Assembly (NCBI GenBank): GCA_031551965.1 | Contig: JAVBMW010000027.1 | Span: 5,808-69,807, forward strand | Source: Holdemania sp. | GTDB lineage: Bacteria > Bacillota_I > Bacilli_A > Erysipelotrichales > Erysipelotrichaceae | DNA: 64,000 nt | Reading direction: 5' to 3' | Shown here: positions 6,545-15,172 of the stretch, piece by piece | Numbering within the stretch: the stretch's first letter is position 1 | How the letters are laid out: every line of letters begins with the position of its first letter | The notes under the pieces: model-generated | The model's database searches: none | What the model was told of the DNA's origin: nothing | The model's input: the letters and a program-made list of their open reading frames with translations, nothing else | Made by a program: the position numbers and the translations under genes

Positions 6545-8614
6545 ATGAAAGACTATTTAGCGAGCGAAGTAAGAAATATCGTTTTATTAGGACATAGTGG
6601 TACTGGAAAAAGTACGATTGTAGAAGGTGCTTTGTATTTTACAAAACAAGTTGATCGTATGGGTAAAACGGCAGATGGTAATAATACATCTGACTTTGAT
6701 CAAGAAGAAATCAAACGTGGATATTCTATCTATTCTTCTTTAGTACCAATTGAATGGCGTGACTGTAAAATCAACTTTATTGACACACCAGGTTACTTAG
6801 ATTACGAAGGTGAAATGAGATCAGGTGCAAGTGTTGCGGATAATGCCTTGATCGTAGTTAGTGGTAAAGATGGAATCGAATCTGGAACAGAGAAAGCTTG
6901 GAAACTTGCTTCTGCTAGAAAACTTCCAACTATTTTCTTTGTGAATAAAATGGATGATGAACATGCAAAATTCGCAAATATTTATGAAGACTTACGTAAC
7001 AAATTTGGTAAGAGTGTTATTGCATTCGAATTGCCGATCGTTGAAAATGAAAAAGTAGTCGGAAGTATCAATATTCTTCGTAAAAAAGCATGGTATTTCA
7101 ATGATCGTGATAACGCGAAAGAAGTACCTGCAAATTATGTTGATCAAGTTGAAGAATACTATGCTCAAATCACTGAAGCTATCGCTATGGGTGATGATGA
7201 ATTAATGGAAAAATTCTTCTCTGGTGAAAGTTTTGATGTGCATGAAATTGCAAGAGGGTTGCGTATTGGTGTTCGTTCAGGAGAAATTCGTCCAGTTTAT
7301 TGTGGTGCTGCAACTGAATGTATCGGTATTGAAAGATTACTTGATCTAATCACAGAATACTTCCCAAGTTATGCAGAAAAAGGTACTGTTGAAGCTGAAG
7401 ATACAAAAGGAAATAAAGTTGTACTTACTACAAATGAAAAAGAAGATTTTAGTGCTTTTGTTTATAAAACGATCGTCGATCCATTTGTAGGAAAAATTTC
7501 ATTCTTAAAGGTTATGACTGGTGTGTTTAGTGCTGATAGCCAAGTATACAATGTTCAAAAAGAAGAAGCAGAAAAAATCAATCAAGTATTTATTATGAAG
7601 GGTAAAGTTCAAATGGCTGCAGGTAAATTATTTACTGGAGACATTGGAGCTGTAATTAAACTTCAATATACTGAAACAAATGATACTTTAGCAACTAAGG
7701 CAAAACAAGTAAAATATCCAGCAGTTGAATATCCTCAACCATTACTTGGTGTTGCGATTTGGCCTAAGACAAAAGCCGATGAAGATAAAGTAAGCTTTGC
7801 ACTTGCGAAAATGTGTGATGAAGATAAATCGATTCGTGTTGTAAGAAATCCAGAAACGAAAGAAACTGTTCTTTATGGATTAGGTGATCAACAATTGGAT
7901 GTTATTATTAGTAAACTTAAATCAAAATATAAAGTTGAAATTGAAACAACTGAACCTAAAGTTCAATACCGTGAAACAATTCGTGGTACTGTGACTCAAG
8001 AAGGAAAACATAAAAAACAATCTGGTGGAGCAGGACAATATGGACACGTATTCGTTCGTTTTGAACCGGCTGATTGTGAAGATATGATTTTCGAAGAAGA
8101 AGTATTTGGAGGATCTGTACCTCGTCAATACTTCCCAGCAGTTGAAGCTGGACTTCGTGAATGTATGCTTCATGGTGTGCTTGCAGGATACAAAGTAGTT
8201 GGAGTTAAAGCGGTACTTACAGATGGTTCTTACCATGATGTTGACTCAAAAGAAATCGCGTTTAAAGCAGCTGCTCGTATTGCTTATAAAGAAGGATTAC
8301 CAAAAGCGAAACCAATCATTCTTGAACCGATCGCAAAAGTTGAAGTTTTTGTTCCAGAAGAATATACCGGAACGATCATTGGTGACTTCAACAAGCGTCG
8401 TGGAATGATCATGGGTATGGATATGGTTGATGATCTTCAAAAAGTTGAAGCTGAAGTACCATTATCTGAAATGCAAAAATATGCAACTGAGCTTCGTTCA
8501 ATGACTCAAGGTCGTGGACAATATAGTCTTCAATTTGATCGCTATGAACCAGCTCCTCAACCAATTGCTGATAAAGTAATTCGTGAACAAAAAATTGAAG
8601 TAAACGAAGAGTAA
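6545..8614 (+). CDS. Elongation factor G paralogue (EF-G-like translational GTPase), atypical switch II
   Basis: 689 aa. G1 GHSGTGKST, G3 DTPGYLDY (Tyr where EF-G has His), G4 NKMD. Domain IV/V-like regions are present (GGAGQYGHV, YHDVDS, EP). Confidence 0.85.
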   Translation: MKDYLASEVRNIVLLGHSGTGKSTIVEGALYFTKQVDRMGKTADGNNTSDFDQEEIKRGYSIYSSLVPIEWRDCKINFIDTPGYLDYEGEMRSGASVADNALIVVSGKDGIESGTEKAWKLASARKLPTIFFVNKMDDEHAKFANIYEDLRNKFGKSVIAFELPIVENEKVVGSINILRKKAWYFNDRDNAKEVPANYVDQVEEYYAQITEAIAMGDDELMEKFFSGESFDVHEIARGLRIGVRSGEIRPVYCGAATECIGIERLLDLITEYFPSYAEKGTVEAEDTKGNKVVLTTNEKEDFSAFVYKTIVDPFVGKISFLKVMTGVFSADSQVYNVQKEEAEKINQVFIMKGKVQMAAGKLFTGDIGAVIKLQYTETNDTLATKAKQVKYPAVEYPQPLLGVAIWPKTKADEDKVSFALAKMCDEDKSIRVVRNPETKETVLYGLGDQQLDVIISKLKSKYKVEIETTEPKVQYRETIRGTVTQEGKHKKQSGGAGQYGHVFVRFEPADCEDMIFEEEVFGGSVPRQYFPAVEAGLRECMLHGVLAGYKVVGVKAVLTDGSYHDVDSKEIAFKAAARIAYKEGLPKAKPIILEPIAKVEVFVPEEYTGTIIGDFNKRRGMIMGMDMVDDLQKVEAEVPLSEMQKYATELRSMTQGRGQYSLQFDRYEPAPQPIADKVIREQKIEVNEE

Positions 8615-8621
8615 ATCAATT

Positions 8622-8648
8622 AAAGACCGGTTTTAGTCCGGTCTTTTT
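8622..8648 (+). terminator. Intrinsic terminator after EF-G paralogue
   Basis: agaccgg / ccggtct stem flanked by aaa / tttt. Confidence 0.75.
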
Positions 8649-8671
8649 CAACTAATAAAGGAGGGATTGTT

Positions 8672-9505
8672 TTGAAGTCCTCACAAGAATTGCTGATTGA
8701 TCTTGCGAATTGGGTTGCAAAGGAGTCAAATCTTACTGCGCTTATCTTAAATGGGTCAAGAGCCAACCCAAACGCAAAGAAAGATCGTTTGCAGGATTTT
8801 GATGTAGTAGTCGTTTGTCAAAACATTGAGTATTATAAGAAAGATAAATCATGGATCGATCAGTTTGGAACTATAGCGATCATGCAAGAACCGGAAAATG
8901 GAAATCCAAATGCCTATACTTATTTAATTCAGTTTGAAGATAGAAATCGTATTGACTGTACCTTTCATAATCTCCACAGTGCAATAGTACAAATTAAAAA
9001 TGATCCATTAAGTTTAGTACTTGTGGATAAAGGAAATGATTTTTCGTTTGTACCAGAAGCAAGTGATAAGCTATATCATGTCAAAAAACCTACTCAAAAA
9101 GAGTTTGAAGAATGCTGTAATGAATTTTGGTGGGTCGCAACTTATGTTGCGAAAGGTCTTAGAAGACATGAACTACTTTATGCTATGGAGCATATCAATG
9201 CTTATGTTCGTCCAATGTACTTACAACTTCTTCGTTGGCGTGTGGGCTTTCAAACAAACTTTGAACTCAGCACTGGTAAACAAGATAAATATTTATTAGA
9301 TTATTTGGATGATGAAATGAAACAAAAACTACAAAATACTTTTTGTGTTTTAGAAGAAGAAGCGATGTGGAAAGCACTTGAAAATCTTTGTGATAGTTTT
9401 TCAAGTCTTGCGCAACAATTTGATTTTGAATACAAAATTTATGAAGAAAAAGGATCAAGATCAATAATAGAATTGATCAAAAATATGGATATAGAACTTG
9501 TATAA
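8672..9505 (+). CDS. Aminoglycoside 6-nucleotidyltransferase family protein (ANT(6)/AadK-like)
   Basis: LNGSRANPNAKKDRLQDFDVVVV, IDCTF, ECCNEFWWVATYVAKGLRRHELLYA and RWRVG match, as I recall them, the conserved blocks of ANT(6)-Ia/AadK. TTG start after an AGGAGGG RBS. Confidence 0.8.
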   Translation: MKSSQELLIDLANWVAKESNLTALILNGSRANPNAKKDRLQDFDVVVVCQNIEYYKKDKSWIDQFGTIAIMQEPENGNPNAYTYLIQFEDRNRIDCTFHNLHSAIVQIKNDPLSLVLVDKGNDFSFVPEASDKLYHVKKPTQKEFEECCNEFWWVATYVAKGLRRHELLYAMEHINAYVRPMYLQLLRWRVGFQTNFELSTGKQDKYLLDYLDDEMKQKLQNTFCVLEEEAMWKALENLCDSFSSLAQQFDFEYKIYEEKGSRSIIELIKNMDIELV

Positions 9506-9583
9506 ATTATGTTTTCTATTTCATCTTTAATCGTCATTTAATAGATACACTATTATTCTAAGAAATTGAAGCTTGACCTAAAA

Positions 9584-9613
9584 TAAAAAAACGAGATTTT
9601 TGGATCTCGTTTT
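9584..9613. terminator. Bidirectional terminator between ANT(6)-like gene and htrA-like gene
   Basis: acgagat / atctcgt stem flanked by an A-run and a T-run. Confidence 0.7.
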
Positions 9614-9616
9614 AAA

Positions 9617-10765
9617 TTAGTTCTTAATTTCTTGGAATGTTACTTCAAGATCGATGATTTTATTATCACGACGAACTTGAACATTGACTGTATCACCAAC
9701 TTTATGAGATTCGATGATCCCTACAAGAGTATCATAACTATCAATTGCGATATCATCCATCGATACGAAGCAATCTCCTGCTTGTAGTCCAGCACGTTGT
9801 GCAGCTGAGTTTTCAATGACTTCTGAAACGTAAACACCAAATTGATTTACGCCGTATTGTTGTGCTGAGAAAGCATTTGTGATATTCGCAACTTTAATAC
9901 CAAGGGAAGGTCTTCCCGTTACATAGCCATATTCAAGGAGTTGTTCGACGACTTCTTTTACATCATCGACAGGGATCGCAAAACCTAGTCCTTCAATGTT
10001 GGTACCAGATGATTTTGCGACAACCAAACCAATTAATTCACCTTGACTGTTGAATAATCCACCACCACTGTTTCCAGGATTGATTGCTGCATTGGTTTGA
10101 AGTAAGTTACGAGTTCTACCATCAAGCGTTATTTCGCGATCAAGTGCACTGAGAATACCATTTGTTACAGTTCCACCAAGTTGACCTAGTGGATTTCCTA
10201 CTGCGATGACTTCTTGACCAACAACTAGATTTGAACTGTTGCCAAGTATAGCTGGGATACAATCATTTTTTTCGATTTTAAGTAATGCGATATCTGTCTT
10301 ACTATCGGTTGCGATCAGTGTTGCATCGTAACTAGTACCATCATGCATTTTTACCTTGATTGTTTGCGCACCTTCGATGACATGATTGTTGGTGATAATG
10401 TAACCATTGGTTGAGTAAACAACACCTGATCCCGCACCTTGAGATGTATATTCTTGATTCCAGAAGCTTGTCGTTGTAGTTTCAGTGATGATCTCAACTA
10501 CACTGTTTTGTACTAAATCAGCTACTTGAATCACGTTGTTGCCTGTTTCAGTACTTGTCTGTATGACGTTGTTTGCGCTTTGGTAAACAATCGTTTGATT
10601 TGATGGTAAATAGTTAAGTGCTACAAAAGCAGAACTAAAACCTACCGTTCCAGATATCAAGGCACACATAAGGTAAGTTTTTAAGTTTGAGTTTTTCTTT
10701 GGTTTATTAGGTTCACGGAACAAATTTGTTTCCGGAGTAGGGTTTTCTACATTAATTTCTTCCAT
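9617..10765 (-). CDS. HtrA/DegP-family serine protease with PDZ domain
   Basis: N-terminal TM; catalytic triad context TNNHV, DIALLKI and GNSGGGLF; C-terminal PDZ-like GLQAGD. Confidence 0.9.
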   Translation of the reverse strand: MEEINVENPTPETNLFREPNKPKKNSNLKTYLMCALISGTVGFSSAFVALNYLPSNQTIVYQSANNVIQTSTETGNNVIQVADLVQNSVVEIITETTTTSFWNQEYTSQGAGSGVVYSTNGYIITNNHVIEGAQTIKVKMHDGTSYDATLIATDSKTDIALLKIEKNDCIPAILGNSSNLVVGQEVIAVGNPLGQLGGTVTNGILSALDREITLDGRTRNLLQTNAAINPGNSGGGLFNSQGELIGLVVAKSSGTNIEGLGFAIPVDDVKEVVEQLLEYGYVTGRPSLGIKVANITNAFSAQQYGVNQFGVYVSEVIENSAAQRAGLQAGDCFVSMDDIAIDSYDTLVGIIESHKVGDTVNVQVRRDNKIIDLEVTFQEIKN

Positions 10766-10838
10766 AAAATACCTTCTTTCTATTTATAACTTCATTATGG
10801 GGTGCTTTGTTGAATTTTATATGGTATTAATGTGAAGT

Positions 10839-12395
10839 TTAGCTGAACTTTTCTAAGATTGCCAAAGCACATCGAAAACCATCAAGTGCTGCAGACATAA
10901 TTCCTCCTGCATAGCCAGCCCCTTCACCACATGGATAAAGTCCTTCAATCGTTGTGCTGATGCATTTCTCATTTCGAAGAATTTGAATAGGACTTGAAGA
11001 TCGACTTTCCACTGCGGTCATTAGTCCATATTTAAAACCTGGCATTTTTTTGTCAAAGGCAAGAAGTGCTTCTTCGAGAGCCTCATTAATAAAAGGATCA
11101 AACAAATCATGAAGGTCGCACATAGTATTACCAAGCAAATAACTAGTAGAAAAATCAAAAGGACCTTTATTAATTTTCAAATAATCATAAGCCCACTCTG
11201 CAGGAGCTTTATAACTGTTGTGTGCTAATAAAAATGCTTTTTTTTCAAGAGATTGAATATAATCGAGGCCGGCAAACAAACCCGGTTTTAAGTCACTTGT
11301 TTTTACTTGAACTAGAATTGCACTGTTTGCGTTATCTAAATTTCGTTTTGATTCGCTCATTCCATTGATTACTAGTTGACCATTACTGCTTGCAGCGGCG
11401 ACAACACTCCCTCCAGGGCACATACAAAATGTATATACACCTCTGTCTTTAGATGTTGTGTGGGTTAAACGGTATTCCGCGTTTTTTAAAGCGGGATGAC
11501 CGGCAAATTGTTTGTACTGGCGTTCATTGACCCATTTTTGAGGATGTTCGATCCTGACTCCAACCGCAAAGTCTTTGGCTTTCATTTCAACGTTATTCTG
11601 ATCAAGCATCATGATCGTATCCGTTGCACTATGACCAATGGCAAAGATGATATGTTTACTATCGAAACGTTGATTGTTTGCGATAACACCAACGATTTGA
11701 TTGTTTTCGATGATGCATTGATCAACCTGATGTTCAAAGTAAAAGTTTGCCCCCATGGATTCAATTTTTTTACGAATGTTGATGATGATGTTTCTTAAGA
11801 CATCAGTTCCGATATGAGGATGCTGCATGATCAATATTTCGGGATCAGCTCCTGCTTCAACTAATATTTCTAAGATAGTTTGCGTATTGGGATCTTTTAA
11901 ACGACAAGTTAATTTACCGTCTGAGAACGTTCCTGCACCACCTTCTCCATATTGTACATTGCTTTTGGGATCAAGGATGCCCGTTTGCCAAAAAAATTCA
12001 ATATCCTTTACACGTTGTTCTACTTGTTTTCCTCTTTCAAGAATAATAGGTTTGCATCCTGCTTCGGCTAATGCATAAGCCGCAAATAAACCAGCAGGAC
12101 CACATCCCACAATGATAGGACGATCTTTAGGATCACTACAGCTAAAGTTTATTCTTTTTGTTTTTTCTGATTTTGTGATATCACGATTGTGCTTTGCCAA
12201 AAGTTTCTTTTCTAATGGTGTCTCAACTAAAGCAGTTATTTTTAAACACAATTTTTCACGGGCATCGATTGATTTACGAATGATCGTATATTCTAAAATG
12301 TCATTTTCCTGAATATGACATTTTTTCGCAATATAAGGTTTTAGTAGGGTTAAATCAGTGTCGATAGGACATTCAATTTGATTGATTTGAATCAT
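10839..12395 (-). CDS. FAD-dependent oxidoreductase (COG2509-like uncharacterised dehydrogenase)
   Basis: Rossmann motif IIVGCGPAGLFAAYALAEAG and C-terminal GEGAGYAGGI. ATG at 12395 follows GGTGA; the upstream TTG start overlaps a TATAAT-like box. Confidence 0.75.
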   Translation of the reverse strand: MIQINQIECPIDTDLTLLKPYIAKKCHIQENDILEYTIIRKSIDAREKLCLKITALVETPLEKKLLAKHNRDITKSEKTKRINFSCSDPKDRPIIVGCGPAGLFAAYALAEAGCKPIILERGKQVEQRVKDIEFFWQTGILDPKSNVQYGEGGAGTFSDGKLTCRLKDPNTQTILEILVEAGADPEILIMQHPHIGTDVLRNIIINIRKKIESMGANFYFEHQVDQCIIENNQIVGVIANNQRFDSKHIIFAIGHSATDTIMMLDQNNVEMKAKDFAVGVRIEHPQKWVNERQYKQFAGHPALKNAEYRLTHTTSKDRGVYTFCMCPGGSVVAAASSNGQLVINGMSESKRNLDNANSAILVQVKTSDLKPGLFAGLDYIQSLEKKAFLLAHNSYKAPAEWAYDYLKINKGPFDFSTSYLLGNTMCDLHDLFDPFINEALEEALLAFDKKMPGFKYGLMTAVESRSSSPIQILRNEKCISTTIEGLYPCGEGAGYAGGIMSAALDGFRCALAILEKFS

Positions 12396-12446
12396 AATTT
12401 TATCACCATTTCTATTATACAACTTTTAAATAAAAAAATTTAAAAA

Positions 12447-12463
12447 AAGTGGTCATACCACTT
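12447..12463. promoter_or_regulatory. GntR/FadR-type operator, perfect palindrome AAGTGGT-CAT-ACCACTT
   Basis: 17-bp perfect inverted repeat with the TGGT-N3-ACCA core typical of FadR-subfamily GntR sites, directly upstream of the GntR gene. Confidence 0.6.
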
Positions 12464-12500
12464 GAAAGGGGTTACAAATTATGCTATTGTATATTTACAA

Positions 12501-12511
12501 TGGTCAGACCA
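12501..12511. promoter_or_regulatory. Second GntR-type operator core TGGTCAGACCA
   Basis: TGGT-CAG-ACCA palindrome just downstream of a TACAAT -10-like box and 13 nt upstream of the GntR start. Confidence 0.5.
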
Positions 12512-12523
12512 GTTGGAGGTAAA

Positions 12524-13180
12524 ATGGAAAATTCGACAAGTCAGAAAGTAATTGATTATCTGCTGAGTGAGATTCAAAACGGCAATATTCAAATTGGGGA
12601 TAAGCTTCCATCAGAAAGGGAGTTATCGAGTAGACTTCAAGTATCACGCAGCAGTGTAAGAGAGGCAATGGCAGCATTTAATATTATAGGAATGGTACAA
12701 GTTAAACCACAAGGGAAAACGACATTACAATCCTATCATATGGCTGGTTTTATGAATACTCTGTCACCACTATTTATGATGAATGAAAATATTCACCAGG
12801 AAATATTAGATTATCGTTTATGTATTGAAAAGCAAGCGATCAATTTAGCGATGAAACAAGATATTTCAAAACTCGCAAACATCATTGATTTAATGAAACA
12901 ATATGATTCAGAAAATCTTGCGGAAGAATTGGATGTATTGTTCCACATTACTTTAGTTGAGTGCAGCAACAATTCACTTTTAGTTCAATCGATTCATGGT
13001 GTTATGAAATTGTTGGAACATTCAGTTAAATCAAATCGTAGTAAAGAAAAGACAAATTTAGAAGAATTATCTAGGGAACATGAAGCTATTGTTCAGGCAA
13101 TGCTGGAAAACAAATGTGAAGTTGCTCAAAATTTAATGGAAAATCACTTAAAACGAGAAGAAAGAGAGAGTAGTCTATGA
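12524..13180 (+). CDS. GntR-family (FadR/FCD subfamily) transcriptional regulator
   Basis: N-terminal wHTH LPSERELSSRLQVSRSSVREA and an all-helical C-terminal FCD-like domain. GGAGG RBS before the ATG at 12524; the longer track ORF runs through the operators. Confidence 0.85.
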   Translation: MENSTSQKVIDYLLSEIQNGNIQIGDKLPSERELSSRLQVSRSSVREAMAAFNIIGMVQVKPQGKTTLQSYHMAGFMNTLSPLFMMNENIHQEILDYRLCIEKQAINLAMKQDISKLANIIDLMKQYDSENLAEELDVLFHITLVECSNNSLLVQSIHGVMKLLEHSVKSNRSKEKTNLEELSREHEAIVQAMLENKCEVAQNLMENHLKREERESSL

Positions 13181-13977
13181 ATATTGTAGTATGTATCAAA
13201 CAGGTTCCAGATACTCAGAAAGTTCAAGTTGATCCTGAAACCGGTGTGCTTATTCGTGATGGTATTGAAACAAAGATGAATCCTTATGATTTGTATGCAC
13301 TTGAAGTTGCCTTTCAAATCAAAAAGAAAACTGGCGCAAAAGTCCATGTTATTTCAATGGGACCTCCTAGTGCAGAAGCGGTATTAAAAGAAGCTTTCTC
13401 ACTTGGTGCTGACGCTGCTTATTTGATGAGTGATCGTCGTTTTGGTGGGGCAGATGTTTTAGCTACCTCTTATACGTTATCACAGGGGATTCAGTCGATT
13501 GGTGATGTATCGTTGATTTTATGTGGTAAACAAACTACAGATGGCGATACTGCTCAGGTAGGACCAGCCATCGCTGAATATTGTAAGATACCTCACGCAA
13601 GCTGGGTAAAAGAAATCGTATCATTTGATGAAAATCAAATTATTGCCATACAGGAAATGATGGATAGCACAGCGACAATAAAAATGAGTTATCCATGTTT
13701 GATTACTGTAGAAAAAGGAATCGTTCAACCAAGTCTTCCTTCTTTCACAAAGAAAATGGAGACAAAGAATCATCCGATTCAACTGATCACAATGGATGAT
13801 TGTCCGATCAAAGATTCTAGTCGTTATGGATTAAGTGGATCACCAACTCAAGTGGAAAGAATTTTTGAACCACAGGCAAATGATCAGGTAGTACGTTTGG
13901 ATTTTGATACTCAAACCAATGTAGATAAATTAGTTGAAGTTCTAAAAGAACTTAAAGTAGTGGATGAGGTGATCTAA
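13177..13977 (+). CDS. etfB: Electron transfer flavoprotein beta subunit
   Basis: MNIVVCIKQVPDT start; GADAAYLMSD ... GGADVLATS ... CGKQTTDGDTAQVGP. Confidence 0.9.
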   Translation: MNIVVCIKQVPDTQKVQVDPETGVLIRDGIETKMNPYDLYALEVAFQIKKKTGAKVHVISMGPPSAEAVLKEAFSLGADAAYLMSDRRFGGADVLATSYTLSQGIQSIGDVSLILCGKQTTDGDTAQVGPAIAEYCKIPHASWVKEIVSFDENQIIAIQEMMDSTATIKMSYPCLITVEKGIVQPSLPSFTKKMETKNHPIQLITMDDCPIKDSSRYGLSGSPTQVERIFEPQANDQVVRLDFDTQTNVDKLVEVLKELKVVDEVI

Positions 13978-13978
13978 G

Positions 13979-15172
13979 ATGGCAGGAATTATAATTGATC
14001 AAAAAACATGTATAGAGTGTGGTGCTTGTGTTAGTGCTTGCCCATTCAATGCTTTATCGATGGACAGTAGTAAAGTTGAAGTCAATGCAAACTGTAAAAT
14101 GTGTCGTATTTGTGTAAAAACCTGTCCAACAAGTGCGATTTCAGTTGAAGAAAAAAAAGTTGAAGCAATCAACAAAGATGAATATAAAAATATTCTTGTT
14201 TATGTTGAACATGATGAAAAAAGAATCCATCCAGTTACTTTTGAGTTGATTGGTAAAGGGCTACAGCTTGCTTCAGTAATCAAACAAAATGTTGTATGTC
14301 TGCTTATTGGAGGTGATCTACAAAAGAAGGCGCAGACATTACTGGAATATGGTGTTGCAGAAGTTTATGTTTATGATCATCCTGAACTTGTGAATTTCAG
14401 AGTTGATAATTACGCTAATGTATTTGAAAATTGCATCAAACAATTTAAACCAACAGTATGTTTAGTTGGGGCAACGACAACAGGTAGAAGTTTAGCTCCA
14501 CGGGTCGCAACACGATTTAAAACCGGATTAACGGCAGATTGTACACAACTTGAAATGCGTGAAAATACCGATCTAGTCCAAATTCGACCAGCTTTTGGGG
14601 GAAACATTATGGCTCAGATCATCAATACAAATTGTCGTCCTCAATTCGCAACAGTACGTTATAAAGTAATGGACCACGCTAAAAAAGTGGAGGCTCCAAA
14701 TGGAAAGATCATAAACTGCACTTTAGAAGAAAACTTACTGAAATCAAAGATCGAAATTCTTGAAATCAATAAAAAACCAGAGCTTAAAAGTATAACTGAT
14801 GCCGATGTATTGGTTGTTGCAGGTGCAGGAATAAAAGATGAAAAAGGCATGGCAATGGTCAAAGAATTGGCTGATTTGTTGCATGGAATGGTCGCAGGTA
14901 CTCGACCTTTAGTTGAAAAAGGACTGATCAGTGTCCATGAACAGATCGGATTATCAGGAAGAACTGTAAAACCAAAGCTGATCATTACTTGTGGAGTTAG
15001 CGGTGCAATTCAATTTGTCGCTGGTATGGACAGCAGTGAGATGATCATCGCGATCAATCAGGATGCAGAAGCACCGATCTTCAATGTTGCCCACTATGCA
15101 GTGATCGATGATATTTATGAAGTATTACCTAGAATGATCGAAAGAATCAAAGGAGGACAAATGCATGTTTAA
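13979..15172 (+). CDS. etfA: Electron transfer flavoprotein alpha subunit with N-terminal 2x[4Fe-4S] ferredoxin domain
   Basis: CIECGACVSACP and CKMCRICVKTCP motifs, then the EtfA core (GRSLAPRVA, RPAFGGN, VVAGAGI, GLSGRTVKPKLIITCGVSGAIQF). Confidence 0.9.
   Translation: MAGIIIDQKTCIECGACVSACPFNALSMDSSKVEVNANCKMCRICVKTCPTSAISVEEKKVEAINKDEYKNILVYVEHDEKRIHPVTFELIGKGLQLASVIKQNVVCLLIGGDLQKKAQTLLEYGVAEVYVYDHPELVNFRVDNYANVFENCIKQFKPTVCLVGATTTGRSLAPRVATRFKTGLTADCTQLEMRENTDLVQIRPAFGGNIMAQIINTNCRPQFATVRYKVMDHAKKVEAPNGKIINCTLEENLLKSKIEILEINKKPELKSITDADVLVVAGAGIKDEKGMAMVKELADLLHGMVAGTRPLVEKGLISVHEQIGLSGRTVKPKLIITCGVSGAIQFVAGMDSSEMIIAINQDAEAPIFNVAHYAVIDDIYEVLPRMIERIKGGQMHV

Noticed and set aside
7922-8408. 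ORFs 7922-8236 (-) and 8199-8408 (+) inside the EF-G paralogue
   Set aside because: They are embedded in a strongly supported 689-aa frame and have low-complexity products.
9021-9464. ORFs 9021-9299 (+) and 9267-9464 (-) within the ANT(6)-like gene
   Set aside because: They are out-of-frame or antisense ORFs within a gene that has strong family motifs.
12449-12523. N-terminal extension of the GntR ORF (track start 12449)
   Set aside because: The extension would read through both operator palindromes and the promoter-like boxes. A GGAGG RBS precedes the ATG at 12524, which begins a normal-length GntR wHTH.
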